Positions 55,304 through 64,000 of a stretch of 64,000 nt of DNA are shown piece by piece. Each line of letters begins with the position of its first letter. Within the stretch, counting starts at the first letter, position 1. Where the stretch lies: the NCBI GenBank assembly GCA_003343705.1, contig QAKR01000010.1, positions 3,855 through 67,854 on the forward strand. Reading direction: 5' to 3'. A program made the translations under genes and the position numbers. Source of the DNA: Clostridiales bacterium. Lineage in GTDB: Bacteria; Bacillota; Clostridia; Oscillospirales; UBA644. The notes under the pieces were generated by a model. The model saw only the letters and a program-made list of their open reading frames with translations. It did no database searches and was not told the origin of the DNA.

Positions 55304-58300
55304 TTAAAACACCACTTCAATCTTTTTTGACAATTTTAACGACCAAATGTAAATATTTTTCACTTTCTTACCGTAAAGTTTTTCAACTGCATATTTATAA
55401 TAATACAGTTGTTTTGAATACAAATTTAAAAGCTCTTCTTCTGACTTATTATCAGTTTTATAATCAATAATAATAAACCCGTCATCATATTCGCAAAGTA
55501 AATCTATCGCCCCTTGTAAAAGGATTTTTTTATCTGTTTTTACGCTTTTATCATATTCGGAAGCATCAATACCAACGATAAACTCATGTTCCTTCAATAT
55601 TTTGTTTGAATTTAAAACTGTTTTATATAAATCACTATTAGCAAAATATTCGATGGCTTGATCATCCACAACCTTTACTTCTTCAACCGTAAATATACCT
55701 TTATTAACAAGTAATGTTTTTTCATCTTGTATACAGTTAGAAAGATCTGCCAGTGATAAGAAGCGATGGACTATAGACCCTTTTTCAGCACTATTAAGTC
55801 CATTTTTTTCTGAAATAAACTGAGGTATGTATTTTTTCGAAGGTTTAAATAGTGGAACACTGTCTTCATCGGGTAAAAACCCTTTTGAAAGCTCTGTAAC
55901 AGAAACTTTTGCCGGTATATGAGATAATGAAGGAGTATATTCAAAATCAAATCTCCGTCTTATTTCATCAGTTGATAGCAATGTTTTATATTCGTGTTTG
56001 TCAACAATAAAAGAATCTGTATTAACAGTGGGGTTAAGTATATTCATCTCAATTTTAAAATCAGCAGAAAATATTTCCATTAACCCATCCAAAGCGGAAA
56101 AACAATTCGGATGATGTGAAAGTGATGTTAAAATTAAATCTAAAAAACTGCTTTGTTTATTAACATAAATTTTCAAAGCAGAACCGTCTAAAGTGCAAAG
56201 GGATAAATCAGAAAATTTTTCACATTGGCTTTGTTTAACCGAGCCGATAAGAATTAACTTTTGTCTGGCTCTTGTTAAGGCAACATAAAGGCGTCGTAAA
56301 GCTTCAGATCTATCATTACGTTTTTTTATCAAAGATATAAGCTCATACATAAATGTATTTTCTTCATATGTCATTGCTTCATTACGTATTTTAGTGCCAA
56401 TACCGAGAGTATCATCAAGTACAATTTTAGGTGTAACGCCACCGGTCTTTGACAACTCTTTATCAAGTCTCGGCAAAATACATACAGGAAATTCAAGACC
56501 TTTTGATTTATGAACTGTCATAATTGTAACATAAGATCCTTGCGGAGCCGCTTCCTGTTCAGGCATTTTATTCTTTTCAACAGAAAAATCTATAAACGAT
56601 AAGAACTGTGATAGCGAGCTGCCTGAAAGATCTGTTTCATACCTACGTACAAAATCAAGAAATATAAGCATATTCTCATATCGTATATCTCCTAATTCAA
56701 GGCTTGACACATACGAAAGATATTCTTTTTCGGTATATATCTGCCATATAAGCTTGCTAAGAGGCAAGTTTGCAGAAAGAATTTTCAGTTTGTTGAGATC
56801 GTCAACAAATTCTCTTGTTTTATTATCTGTCTTTGCATATTCCGAAACCGCACAGAAAAGTCTTTTTTTTCTTGTTATACAAAGGCGTATTTTAGCTATT
56901 TCTTCGTCCGAAAACCCATAAAGCGGTGACGACATAGTAATGAATAAAGCTGTATCGTTATACGGATTTATAATTGTTTTAAGCAAGTTTATAATTGTAT
57001 TTACTTCGACACTTTGAAAAAACGACGAACCAGACCCCATATATACAGGAATACCGTTTTGTAATAAAACGTCACGGAATATATCCCCCTCCCCGTTTTT
57101 AACAACGCTTAACAGTATTGCAATATCCGACGGTGTTATGCAACGCGAACCTCCGTTTTTTAGAGTTATACGATATTTTTCACGCAAGAGTTGCTTAATT
57201 TTATCGGCTACGACCTGTGCTTGATTTCGAACCTGATCCGTATCGCTTATAACAATATTCATTTCCACATCAGGGGTTTCTTCGGCTTCATATAAAGATG
57301 AACCTTGCACCAAAGCCTCGTTTTTGTCGTATGTCAGACCTCCGAATTCATTAGAAAATAATACTTTGCATACGAAATTTGTAAATCCTAATACTCCTCC
57401 TCGGCTGCGAAAATTCTTGTTAAGATCAATTTTCTCAAATTGATCTTTTTTACGTATGAAGTTCATTGGATTTGCCCGTCGAAATGCATAGATACTCTGT
57501 TTCACATCTCCTACAACAAATAAATTATCCCGACTTATGGCATAAAAAAACATGTCCTGTAAATCATTAACGTCTTGATACTCATCAATGAGTATCTCGT
57601 CAAAGCTTTCACGAATTTCACTTGCTAACGGCGTTATTTCAACATTTTCACTATTTTTATCAATTTTAGATATTAGTAATGAAAAAGCCATTTTTGCAAT
57701 TTCAGAAAAAGAGTATTTATTTTGTTTTAAAAACTCTTTACTTACTGCTTCTTCAAGATCCAATACAATATTAACAAGCTCCTTAATTCCGACTTTGAGT
57801 GAAGAAAGCTCATAAGAAATTTCATCAGGAGAAATTTTAAAAATCTCACTTTTTCTTATCATTTCTTTAAAAACTTCACGATATTCTTTATAATAAAGTT
57901 TTTGTGGAGAATTGTTTTTTGATGAGGGCATACGTCCAAAATCAACTTCATTACATAAACAGTATAAACTTGTGTAATCTGTTTTTAAACATGCCTCATA
58001 AAGTTTTTTTGCCGTTTCACAATCAGTATTAACAAGTGCCCGTTCCTTATCAGTAAGCTCTCCGCTGCCACATAACGATTCAAAAACTTTGACAGATTCA
58101 GCAAATAAAGGCTTGTAATAATTACATAAAAATTCCGTCCATATTAAAGGATTGTCATAATATTCAAGTCTGTCCAACAACCAAGTATCACAAAACGGGA
58201 TGGATTGAATATACTTATACACCTCTAAAACAGCGTTTTCCAAAGCTTCATTTTCACCATCGCCGCCTAAAATACGTAAAAGCTCGGAAAATCCTTGCGG

Positions 58301-58741
58301 AGATGTAGCATAACGATTTTCTAATATTTCATCAAGCTTTGTTTCCATTATATATGAAAGCTCCGTTTCGTCCATTGTACCAAAACGCGGTGAAACACCC
58401 AGCTTTTCAAAATTACGTCTGACTATGTTTGCCATATAGGAGTCAATCGTGGAAATCTGAGCCCTTGAAAGCTTCACACGCTGCCTGCGTAAATGCTTAT
58501 CCTTTGGATTTTCGCGACATGCGTCGGAAAGCCTTCCTGCAATACGCTCACGCATCTCAGAAGCAGCCGCATTGGTAAAAGTAACAATCAAAAGTCTTTC
58601 AATATCGCCGCCTCCGAGAATATACTTAACAACACGTTCAGTTAAAACAGCCGTTTTCCCGCTACCTGCAGCTGCGCTTATGATTAGATTATGACCACGA
58701 TCATATATTGCTTTTTGTTGTTCCGGCGTCCAAGCCATCAA
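55304..58741 (-). CDS. addA: ATP-dependent helicase/nuclease AddAB, subunit A
   Basis: UvrD-type motifs (AAAGSGKT, DEYQDVN) and a C-terminal RecB-type nuclease domain (GAIDLL...IIDYKTD). It is adjacent to and overlaps addB. Confidence 0.9.
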   Translation of the reverse strand: MMAWTPEQQKAIYDRGHNLIISAAAGSGKTAVLTERVVKYILGGGDIERLLIVTFTNAAASEMRERIAGRLSDACRENPKDKHLRRQRVKLSRAQISTIDSYMANIVRRNFEKLGVSPRFGTMDETELSYIMETKLDEILENRYATSPQGFSELLRILGGDGENEALENAVLEVYKYIQSIPFCDTWLLDRLEYYDNPLIWTEFLCNYYKPLFAESVKVFESLCGSGELTDKERALVNTDCETAKKLYEACLKTDYTSLYCLCNEVDFGRMPSSKNNSPQKLYYKEYREVFKEMIRKSEIFKISPDEISYELSSLKVGIKELVNIVLDLEEAVSKEFLKQNKYSFSEIAKMAFSLLISKIDKNSENVEITPLASEIRESFDEILIDEYQDVNDLQDMFFYAISRDNLFVVGDVKQSIYAFRRANPMNFIRKKDQFEKIDLNKNFRSRGGVLGFTNFVCKVLFSNEFGGLTYDKNEALVQGSSLYEAEETPDVEMNIVISDTDQVRNQAQVVADKIKQLLREKYRITLKNGGSRCITPSDIAILLSVVKNGEGDIFRDVLLQNGIPVYMGSGSSFFQSVEVNTIINLLKTIINPYNDTALFITMSSPLYGFSDEEIAKIRLCITRKKRLFCAVSEYAKTDNKTREFVDDLNKLKILSANLPLSKLIWQIYTEKEYLSYVSSLELGDIRYENMLIFLDFVRRYETDLSGSSLSQFLSFIDFSVEKNKMPEQEAAPQGSYVTIMTVHKSKGLEFPVCILPRLDKELSKTGGVTPKIVLDDTLGIGTKIRNEAMTYEENTFMYELISLIKKRNDRSEALRRLYVALTRARQKLILIGSVKQSQCEKFSDLSLCTLDGSALKIYVNKQSSFLDLILTSLSHHPNCFSALDGLMEIFSADFKIEMNILNPTVNTDSFIVDKHEYKTLLSTDEIRRRFDFEYTPSLSHIPAKVSVTELSKGFLPDEDSVPLFKPSKKYIPQFISEKNGLNSAEKGSIVHRFLSLADLSNCIQDEKTLLVNKGIFTVEEVKVVDDQAIEYFANSDLYKTVLNSNKILKEHEFIVGIDASEYDKSVKTDKKILLQGAIDLLCEYDDGFIIIDYKTDNKSEEELLNLYSKQLYYYKYAVEKLYGKKVKNIYIWSLKLSKKIEVVF

Positions 58742-61700
58742 GTTCTCCCTCCCTTATTAGAACATTAAAGAATTCTTCCTTTTTAAGCTTTTCTTGAAGC
58801 CTGGGGCTTTCTTTTTCCTCACACACTGTGCGTATTGGGCAATAAGGGCATTTATCGCCCGCTAAAGTGGCAGCAATAGGAGCTTTTTCAATATTACCTG
58901 CAAGTAGGTTTTCACCCATTTGGCTAAATACTTTTTTAATATGGCAGAATGTAGTTTCAAACTGAGCTTCACTTATTACATTTTCACCATTTATTGTTTT
59001 TTCCGTTACGGGGATATATTTTCCGCAAAGCCCGTTTTCCATAGCAGATAATACATTTATATCCGCTAAAAAAAGTCCGCTGCTTTCAAGTTCGTCACCG
59101 GGTGGGGTTTTTCCGCGTTCAAGTTTTTTTATAGTAGGCTTCACATTAACATATGTAACACCTGCCGGCACAACATTACCGAATTTAACTTTACCGTTTT
59201 CCCGTAAGGCATAAAGATAACAAAGCAATTGAATATTCACACCAGAATAAATATCCGTGAAACAAAGTTTTTTATTATGGCTTTTATAATCAGCTATTCT
59301 TAAATAAGTTTTATCTGCGTCAATATACGCATCAATTCTGTCAACTTTACCTCCTAATCGTATTTCACCACCGCTGATTTCAAGTTTGATGGGCGATACT
59401 TCCCCACCGTCACAAATAGGAAGCTCAAAAGCAACAGGTTTAAACTTTGATTGCAAAAATTCTTCTTTGAAAATCAATAAAAGATTTAAAGCCTTTTTTG
59501 AAAGATTTTTAGCATATTCAGTAAAGCTTGCCGAAGGAGACTCTTCTCCGAATATATTTTTAAAAAACATATTCACACAACCTTGTACTTCTCGGTCTAA
59601 CTCTGATATTGAAAATTTCAACCATCCCGGTTTTCCTATTATTTGTTCCAGTAAATCATGTAAGAATGTTCCTGTATTTACGGGATTAAACTTTGCTTGA
59701 AGTTCTTCACGAACATAAAGTCCGTATTGTAAAAAATAAGAATAAGGGCAGTGAGAGTATGTATCAGATCGTGATGGAGTAAGATTCATTTTTGTACCAA
59801 ATAATCGACTTGAAGTTTCCAGTGAAAGCATATTTTTTTGTTTTTCTGCTGAAGATAAAAATTTTTCAAATTTTGTATTTGTGAAAATATATTTTAAGCT
59901 TTCTGCATTCATCTTCGTATATAAACCGAAAGTCGGCCTCATCTTTTGTATACGATTATCCGAACTTCCTTCAACAGCGCTGTCGGGAGAAGGGATAATC
60001 GAAATTCCGGGAAACATATTTTGAATCTGCCTAAACGGTTCAGAGGGTTTCTTTTCATCACCAAACACAGCAGGATAGCTTAAATAAAGACGTTCCGAAG
60101 CCCCAGTAATTGCAAAATAAGCAAGAAAATTTTCATATAAAACCTCATCGTCTGCAGAAAGGCCTACGCGTATACCTGCTTTTTCAAGCTGTTCTCTTTC
60201 ATTTGCCGAAATCAACTTTGTATCATTAACATTTGCAGGAAAAGATCCGTCATATAGACCATAAACGAAAACACATCGGCGACCTGTAAGCGGTGCAGTG
60301 GCAGCATCTCCTGATAAAACCTCATCTAATGAGGTGGGAATTATTCCGATGTCAACGGAAGAAAGTATAAGATTTAATAAATCTCTGTATTTGTCAATGC
60401 TCATTTTTTCATCGCCGCAAACAGATACAAATTCGTCTAGGGTTGAAAGTAAAAGCTCATATACTTGTAAATTCTCAGAGTAAAGTGCATTCTCACCGTA
60501 ACGCTTATATTCTTCCCCTACGTTTTGCAGATGTTTTTCCATATCAACATCTTTAAATATTTTATAGATGCACCGCGATATTTTTTCAACGGTTGCATCT
60601 TTTATTTGTTCACGAAAAGATTCAGTAACCGTAATGATTTTATCACGTACAAGTTCTGCAGAGTTCAACGCGTCTCTATCCTCTACAGTCATATCATCCA
60701 TTGCTCTAAAGCCATTTATATTTTTAATAAATGGCTTTTTAAATTCTCCGTAACGGACGTTCCAAACATTAACATATTTTTCAAAAGAAGAAATACTTTC
60801 CTTATCTATATCGAAAACTCCGCAACGTAAAAGGTCTAAAACCGTATCGGTCTTGTACCCGTCTACAATAACAGAAAGAAGGGAAGATAAAAACCGTGCA
60901 GCAAGCTTTTGAGTTACATACCCTTTTCTGTGCCAGAAAACAGGGATTTCGTATTGTGAAAAAACAGCTTCGGCAACTGAAGCATATGTTTCAGGATTAC
61001 GAGTTATAACAGCAAAATCATTATAACAATAACCGCAGTCACGAACAAGCCGTGTTATTTCACAAGCTATAAAATCAAGTTCGTCTCCCGGATCTGCCGC
61101 ACGATATAAAGCGATACCATTATAATCATCACAAGTTTTTATTTGTTCAGTGTACAAGTTCTCTAAAATAAACGAAAGTGACAGAGGTTTATTTACAGTA
61201 ACTCCTGAAAGATCGGTATTAATAATTTTTATTCCGGCTCTGTGTGCAAATTTCTTTAGTGAATGATAAACTCTTCTTAACGGTGAAAAAATATCATCTT
61301 GCCCATTAAGGTCTGAAGTTATAAGAGTAAGTGTCAATTCCGCTTCGTCTTCGCACATTGATTTTATGACGGAAAGCTCTGATGAAGACATATACTTAAA
61401 GAAATCGACAAAAACATATTGGCTCTCAAAAATTCCGCTTCGTAATATGCCTTCGGCAAAAAGCCCTAGAACATCATCTCCGTCAGCAATTTCTTGCCCA
61501 AGTAACGCATTATACGCTGAATATATAAGGGAAATGTCATAAAGGCGTTCATTTTCTGCAACCGCGTCAGAAAAAACATCCGGAGCTACTCCGAAATTTT
61601 TAAAATCGCCTATCTGGCTGGACAATTCTTCAATAAAATTAATATTATAATAACCTTTAAACTTTTTAAGCCTATCATTCATTTGAGTATATGCTTTTGC

Positions 61701-61979
61701 AAGCAGTACATTTTTTCCGGCTTTCCCTATGAATTTATAAGAAGCTCCGTTTTCCGTAAAATATTTTTTTGCCATACGTGTTAAAGTTGTTATTTGTACG
61801 TATGCCATAAGTTGTTCGCCTAAACTTTCCATATAAAATTTTTCCGCCGTCAGAGTATACTGAGCCGGAACAATTAATATGATTTTCTTTTTTTCGCTTG
61901 CAAGTAATTTTATTCTTCTTAAAGTCTCCATTGCAAGCATATAACTGTCTTTACCTGATATAAGATTTATGTCTTTCAT
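58701..61979 (-). CDS. addB: ATP-dependent helicase/nuclease AddAB, subunit B
   Basis: Degenerate helicase domain plus a C-terminal nuclease with the Fe-S cysteines (HCPYSYF ... CPYCPIRTVC) and RIADYKS. The ATG at 61979 (MKDINLISG) follows GGGAGGG, and the track start at 62039 adds 20 residues. Confidence 0.9.
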   Translation of the reverse strand: MKDINLISGKDSYMLAMETLRRIKLLASEKKKIILIVPAQYTLTAEKFYMESLGEQLMAYVQITTLTRMAKKYFTENGASYKFIGKAGKNVLLAKAYTQMNDRLKKFKGYYNINFIEELSSQIGDFKNFGVAPDVFSDAVAENERLYDISLIYSAYNALLGQEIADGDDVLGLFAEGILRSGIFESQYVFVDFFKYMSSSELSVIKSMCEDEAELTLTLITSDLNGQDDIFSPLRRVYHSLKKFAHRAGIKIINTDLSGVTVNKPLSLSFILENLYTEQIKTCDDYNGIALYRAADPGDELDFIACEITRLVRDCGYCYNDFAVITRNPETYASVAEAVFSQYEIPVFWHRKGYVTQKLAARFLSSLLSVIVDGYKTDTVLDLLRCGVFDIDKESISSFEKYVNVWNVRYGEFKKPFIKNINGFRAMDDMTVEDRDALNSAELVRDKIITVTESFREQIKDATVEKISRCIYKIFKDVDMEKHLQNVGEEYKRYGENALYSENLQVYELLLSTLDEFVSVCGDEKMSIDKYRDLLNLILSSVDIGIIPTSLDEVLSGDAATAPLTGRRCVFVYGLYDGSFPANVNDTKLISANEREQLEKAGIRVGLSADDEVLYENFLAYFAITGASERLYLSYPAVFGDEKKPSEPFRQIQNMFPGISIIPSPDSAVEGSSDNRIQKMRPTFGLYTKMNAESLKYIFTNTKFEKFLSSAEKQKNMLSLETSSRLFGTKMNLTPSRSDTYSHCPYSYFLQYGLYVREELQAKFNPVNTGTFLHDLLEQIIGKPGWLKFSISELDREVQGCVNMFFKNIFGEESPSASFTEYAKNLSKKALNLLLIFKEEFLQSKFKPVAFELPICDGGEVSPIKLEISGGEIRLGGKVDRIDAYIDADKTYLRIADYKSHNKKLCFTDIYSGVNIQLLCYLYALRENGKVKFGNVVPAGVTYVNVKPTIKKLERGKTPPGDELESSGLFLADINVLSAMENGLCGKYIPVTEKTINGENVISEAQFETTFCHIKKVFSQMGENLLAGNIEKAPIAATLAGDKCPYCPIRTVCEEKESPRLQEKLKKEEFFNVLIREGELDGLDAGTTKSNI

Positions 61980-62093
61980 TGTCCCTCCCAAATTATGGCT
62001 GTATATAAAAATAACGTTCGGCAATAATTTTAACCGCAAGGTGGAAGTTTAAATTTTAATGTTTCTGCCTTCGACGGAAGGACGGTTAAAATT

Positions 62094-62864
62094 ATGAATA
62101 ATAAAGTTGAAATATGCGGTGTAAACACATCAGAGTTAAAAGTTATACCAAACGATGAGAATATAAGGTTGTTGGGCCTTATAAAACAAGGAAACAAAGC
62201 TGCCAGAGATAAAGTTATAAGCGGAAATTTAAAGCTGGTATTAAGTGTTGTTCAACGTTTTGCAGGCCGAGGTGAAAACCCTGATGATCTTTTTCAAGTG
62301 GGGTGTGTCGGGCTTATAAAAGCCATAGATAATTTCGATCTTACCCTCGATGTGCGGTTTTCCACATATGCCGTACCTATGATAATAGGAGAAATCCGAC
62401 GTTATCTTCGCGATAACAATCCCATAAGAGTCAGTCGCTCAATGCGTGATATCGCATATAAAGCCCTTTCTGTAAAAGAATCGTTAACGGGTAAACTACA
62501 ACGAGAACCTACACCTGAAGAAATCGCAAAAGAAATGGGGCTGGAACGGAAGAATGTGGTTCTTGCACTTGAAGCAATAGCATCTCCGGTATCTCTTTTT
62601 GAATCAGCTTACAACGACGACAACGATTCTGTTTATATTATGGACCAGATAAGCGATAAAAGTGATTCAAGCAGTGGTTGGATAGAAGAAATGAGTCTTA
62701 AACAAGCAATAAAACAGCTTTCAGACAGGGAAAGGCTTATACTGTCTTTACGTTTTTTTAAAGGGAAAACTCAAGTCGAAGTTGCAAAAGAAATAGATAT
62801 TTCACAAGCACAGGTCTCTCGTCTGGAAAAAAATGCTCTTGAAAAAATAAAAGACATGCTATAA
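62094..62864 (+). CDS. sigG: Forespore late sporulation sigma factor SigG
   Basis: NKVEICGVNTSELKVI..., GNLKLVLSVVQRF, DLFQVGCVGLIKAIDNFD, FSTYAVPMIIGEIRRYLRDNNPIRVSRS are almost position-for-position the B. subtilis SigG sequence as I recall it. Confidence 0.88.
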   Translation: MNNKVEICGVNTSELKVIPNDENIRLLGLIKQGNKAARDKVISGNLKLVLSVVQRFAGRGENPDDLFQVGCVGLIKAIDNFDLTLDVRFSTYAVPMIIGEIRRYLRDNNPIRVSRSMRDIAYKALSVKESLTGKLQREPTPEEIAKEMGLERKNVVLALEAIASPVSLFESAYNDDNDSVYIMDQISDKSDSSSGWIEEMSLKQAIKQLSDRERLILSLRFFKGKTQVEVAKEIDISQAQVSRLEKNALEKIKDML

Positions 62865-62930
62865 CTCAATAACATTATACCATTTTTTATACTTTCTTTC
62901 AAGTCATATAAATTTTTTTTATCTCTACTA

Positions 62931-62959
62931 TTGACAAACCTGGAAAATTAATGTATAAT
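62931..62959 (+). promoter_or_regulatory. Consensus sigma-A promoter
   Basis: TTGACA (62931-62936), exactly 17 nt, then TATAAT (62954-62959), upstream of 63021..63599. Confidence 0.6.
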
Positions 62960-63020
62960 TAGAGTAGTATTATCAGTAAGTATATGCTTAAATAAAATTT
63001 ATAAAGGATGGTAGAATGAA

Positions 63021-63599
63021 ATGAAAAAGGCACTTTTCACAGTCTTATCAGTGGCAATGTTGATAAGCCTCGTATTTGCACAAGCTTCATTTGCAGCAAC
63101 GAAAAACGATATTTTGGCAGAGGCAAAGAAATCTCCAGTTTTCCATTATGTTTCGGGAACAGTTACAAAACTCATGGAACAGATTGAGATAACATCAGAA
63201 GAGGCTGATCAGGTTGTTAGTGCAATTAAAGAAGTTAACACTGTTATAACAAAAGATAATGGACCTTCTTATACCGATGCTAGCGGAAAACCGGCTTATA
63301 CCGTTGCTCAAAGAGATGCTATTATTAAAAGTATGGACAAGGTTTGTGCTACACTTGATATAACATATGAATATCAAGCAGTTTCTCAAGGAAATACAAA
63401 CGACGTAAAAATTGTTTTTAAAGACAGACAAACAGGTAACGTACTTGCTTCTTATGACGGGGACCCGATAAAAGATACTTCCTCTGTTGTTGAAGAGACC
63501 TCTTCAGTTAATTATACTCTTATTGCTATAAGCGGTGTACTCGTTGCTGTTTCAGCAGTAGCTTATATCTATGCTAAAAAGAAGGTATTGAGTAAATAA
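63021..63599 (+). CDS. Secreted protein with a C-terminal hydrophobic anchor and KKK tail, unknown function
   Basis: Signal peptide MKKALFTVLSVAMLISLVFAQASFA. The C-terminus is LIAISGVLVAVSAVAYIYAKKKVLSK. Confidence 0.65.
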   Translation: MKKALFTVLSVAMLISLVFAQASFAATKNDILAEAKKSPVFHYVSGTVTKLMEQIEITSEEADQVVSAIKEVNTVITKDNGPSYTDASGKPAYTVAQRDAIIKSMDKVCATLDITYEYQAVSQGNTNDVKIVFKDRQTGNVLASYDGDPIKDTSSVVEETSSVNYTLIAISGVLVAVSAVAYIYAKKKVLSK

Positions 63600-63603
63600 G
63601 AAA

Positions 63604-64000
63604 ATGGAACATATAGAGAACAAAAAAAATAATAGTGCGGCTTTTAAAGTTTTTGCGCTTGTTGTTCCTTTTATAGTTTTTTCAATTGCAATTGTATTAC
63701 TGACGCTGTGGCTTTTTAATAATGTCATAGCGTCTTCTTCTATATATCATTTGTTAGCAAACTCAAATCCAGGTGATAAAACAGCTGCATATGTAGAAAT
63801 TGATGATGTATATAAAGAAGAATTAAAACAACAGAATTTGAAAGATAACTTTGGTACTCCTGAAGGATTTCCGCTAATATCATATGGTCAGGAGTGGGCA
63901 CGTCTTACGATTGAAGGAACGGATAGGGTACAAAACGTTAAAGTTAATGCAGGAGATTCCTATGACTTAATGCTTAAAGCCGTAGGATTTAATTACAACA
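63604..64000 (+). CDS. Membrane-anchored protein, partial (open at window edge); weakly sortase-like
   Basis: The ATG at 63604 is followed by an N-terminal TM segment, AFKVFALVVPFIVFSIAIVLLTLWLF. The segment GQEWARLTIEGTDRVQNVKVNAGDSYDLMLKAVG resembles the sortase pattern G..A.L.I......V..G.....L...vG. It is truncated before any TLxTC motif. Confidence 0.5.
   Translation, partial: MEHIENKKNNSAAFKVFALVVPFIVFSIAIVLLTLWLFNNVIASSSIYHLLANSNPGDKTAAYVEIDDVYKEELKQQNLKDNFGTPEGFPLISYGQEWARLTIEGTDRVQNVKVNAGDSYDLMLKAVGFNYN

Noticed and set aside
62094-62864. sigG without the usual spoIIGA-sigE upstream neighbours
   Set aside because: Gene order of the sporulation sigma factors varies among Clostridia. 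Nothing in the sequence itself is abnormal, and sigE may simply lie elsewhere.
1-64000. Scan for rRNA, tRNA, CRISPR arrays, transposases, integrases and prophage genes
   Set aside because: I saw no cloverleaf-like or rRNA-like segments and no regularly spaced direct repeats. I also saw no DDE, tyrosine- or serine-recombinase-like ORFs. The accessory regions look like metabolic islands rather than mobile DNA.

Overview
AT-rich chromosomal segment from a spore-forming Firmicute. The clostridial placement rests on spoIIID, sigG and sleB. A Ruminococcaceae-like amylosome/cellulosome organism is suggested by one cohesin+dockerin protein and one dockerin-tagged enzyme. About two thirds is ordinary housekeeping: thiI, a cinA-C/pncC-like gene, metG, a cysteine desulfurase, rmuC, pcrA, an OmpR/HK two-component pair, oppBCDF-A, serA/serC, nadE, addAB and sigG. 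The accessory content is a glycan-utilisation theme. It includes four paralogs of a large DUF4091/GH123-like surface lipoprotein (1..537 partial, 4077..6893, and the tandem pair 45416..48316 and 48327..51209) and an N-acetylhexosamine 1-kinase. It also includes an ~18 kb same-strand island (34961..52890): a cytoplasmic GH-like protein, the two tandem lipoproteins, and eleven enzymes. The enzymes are a DegT aminotransferase, a Gfo/Idh/MocA oxidoreductase, a ceramidase-fold amidase, a coupled pair of small Cys/His proteins, a NanA/DapA-family lyase, an aldo-keto reductase, a PIG-L deacetylase, a PfkB kinase, an MtlD-like dehydrogenase and a NagB-like enzyme. No transporter or regulator is present. 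This combination matches no canonical amino-sugar pathway I know and is my best candidate for an undescribed catabolic system. Other notable points:
- a helically phased GTGAT operator-like array at the island's divergent promoter
- an A7-tract frame problem in the cohesin gene's signal peptide
- an OppC permease with a repeat-domain insertion
- a perfect 13-bp anti-SD hairpin in front of spoIIID

I saw no rRNA, tRNA, CRISPR array, transposase or integrase. All family calls are from reading motifs by eye, not from searches.
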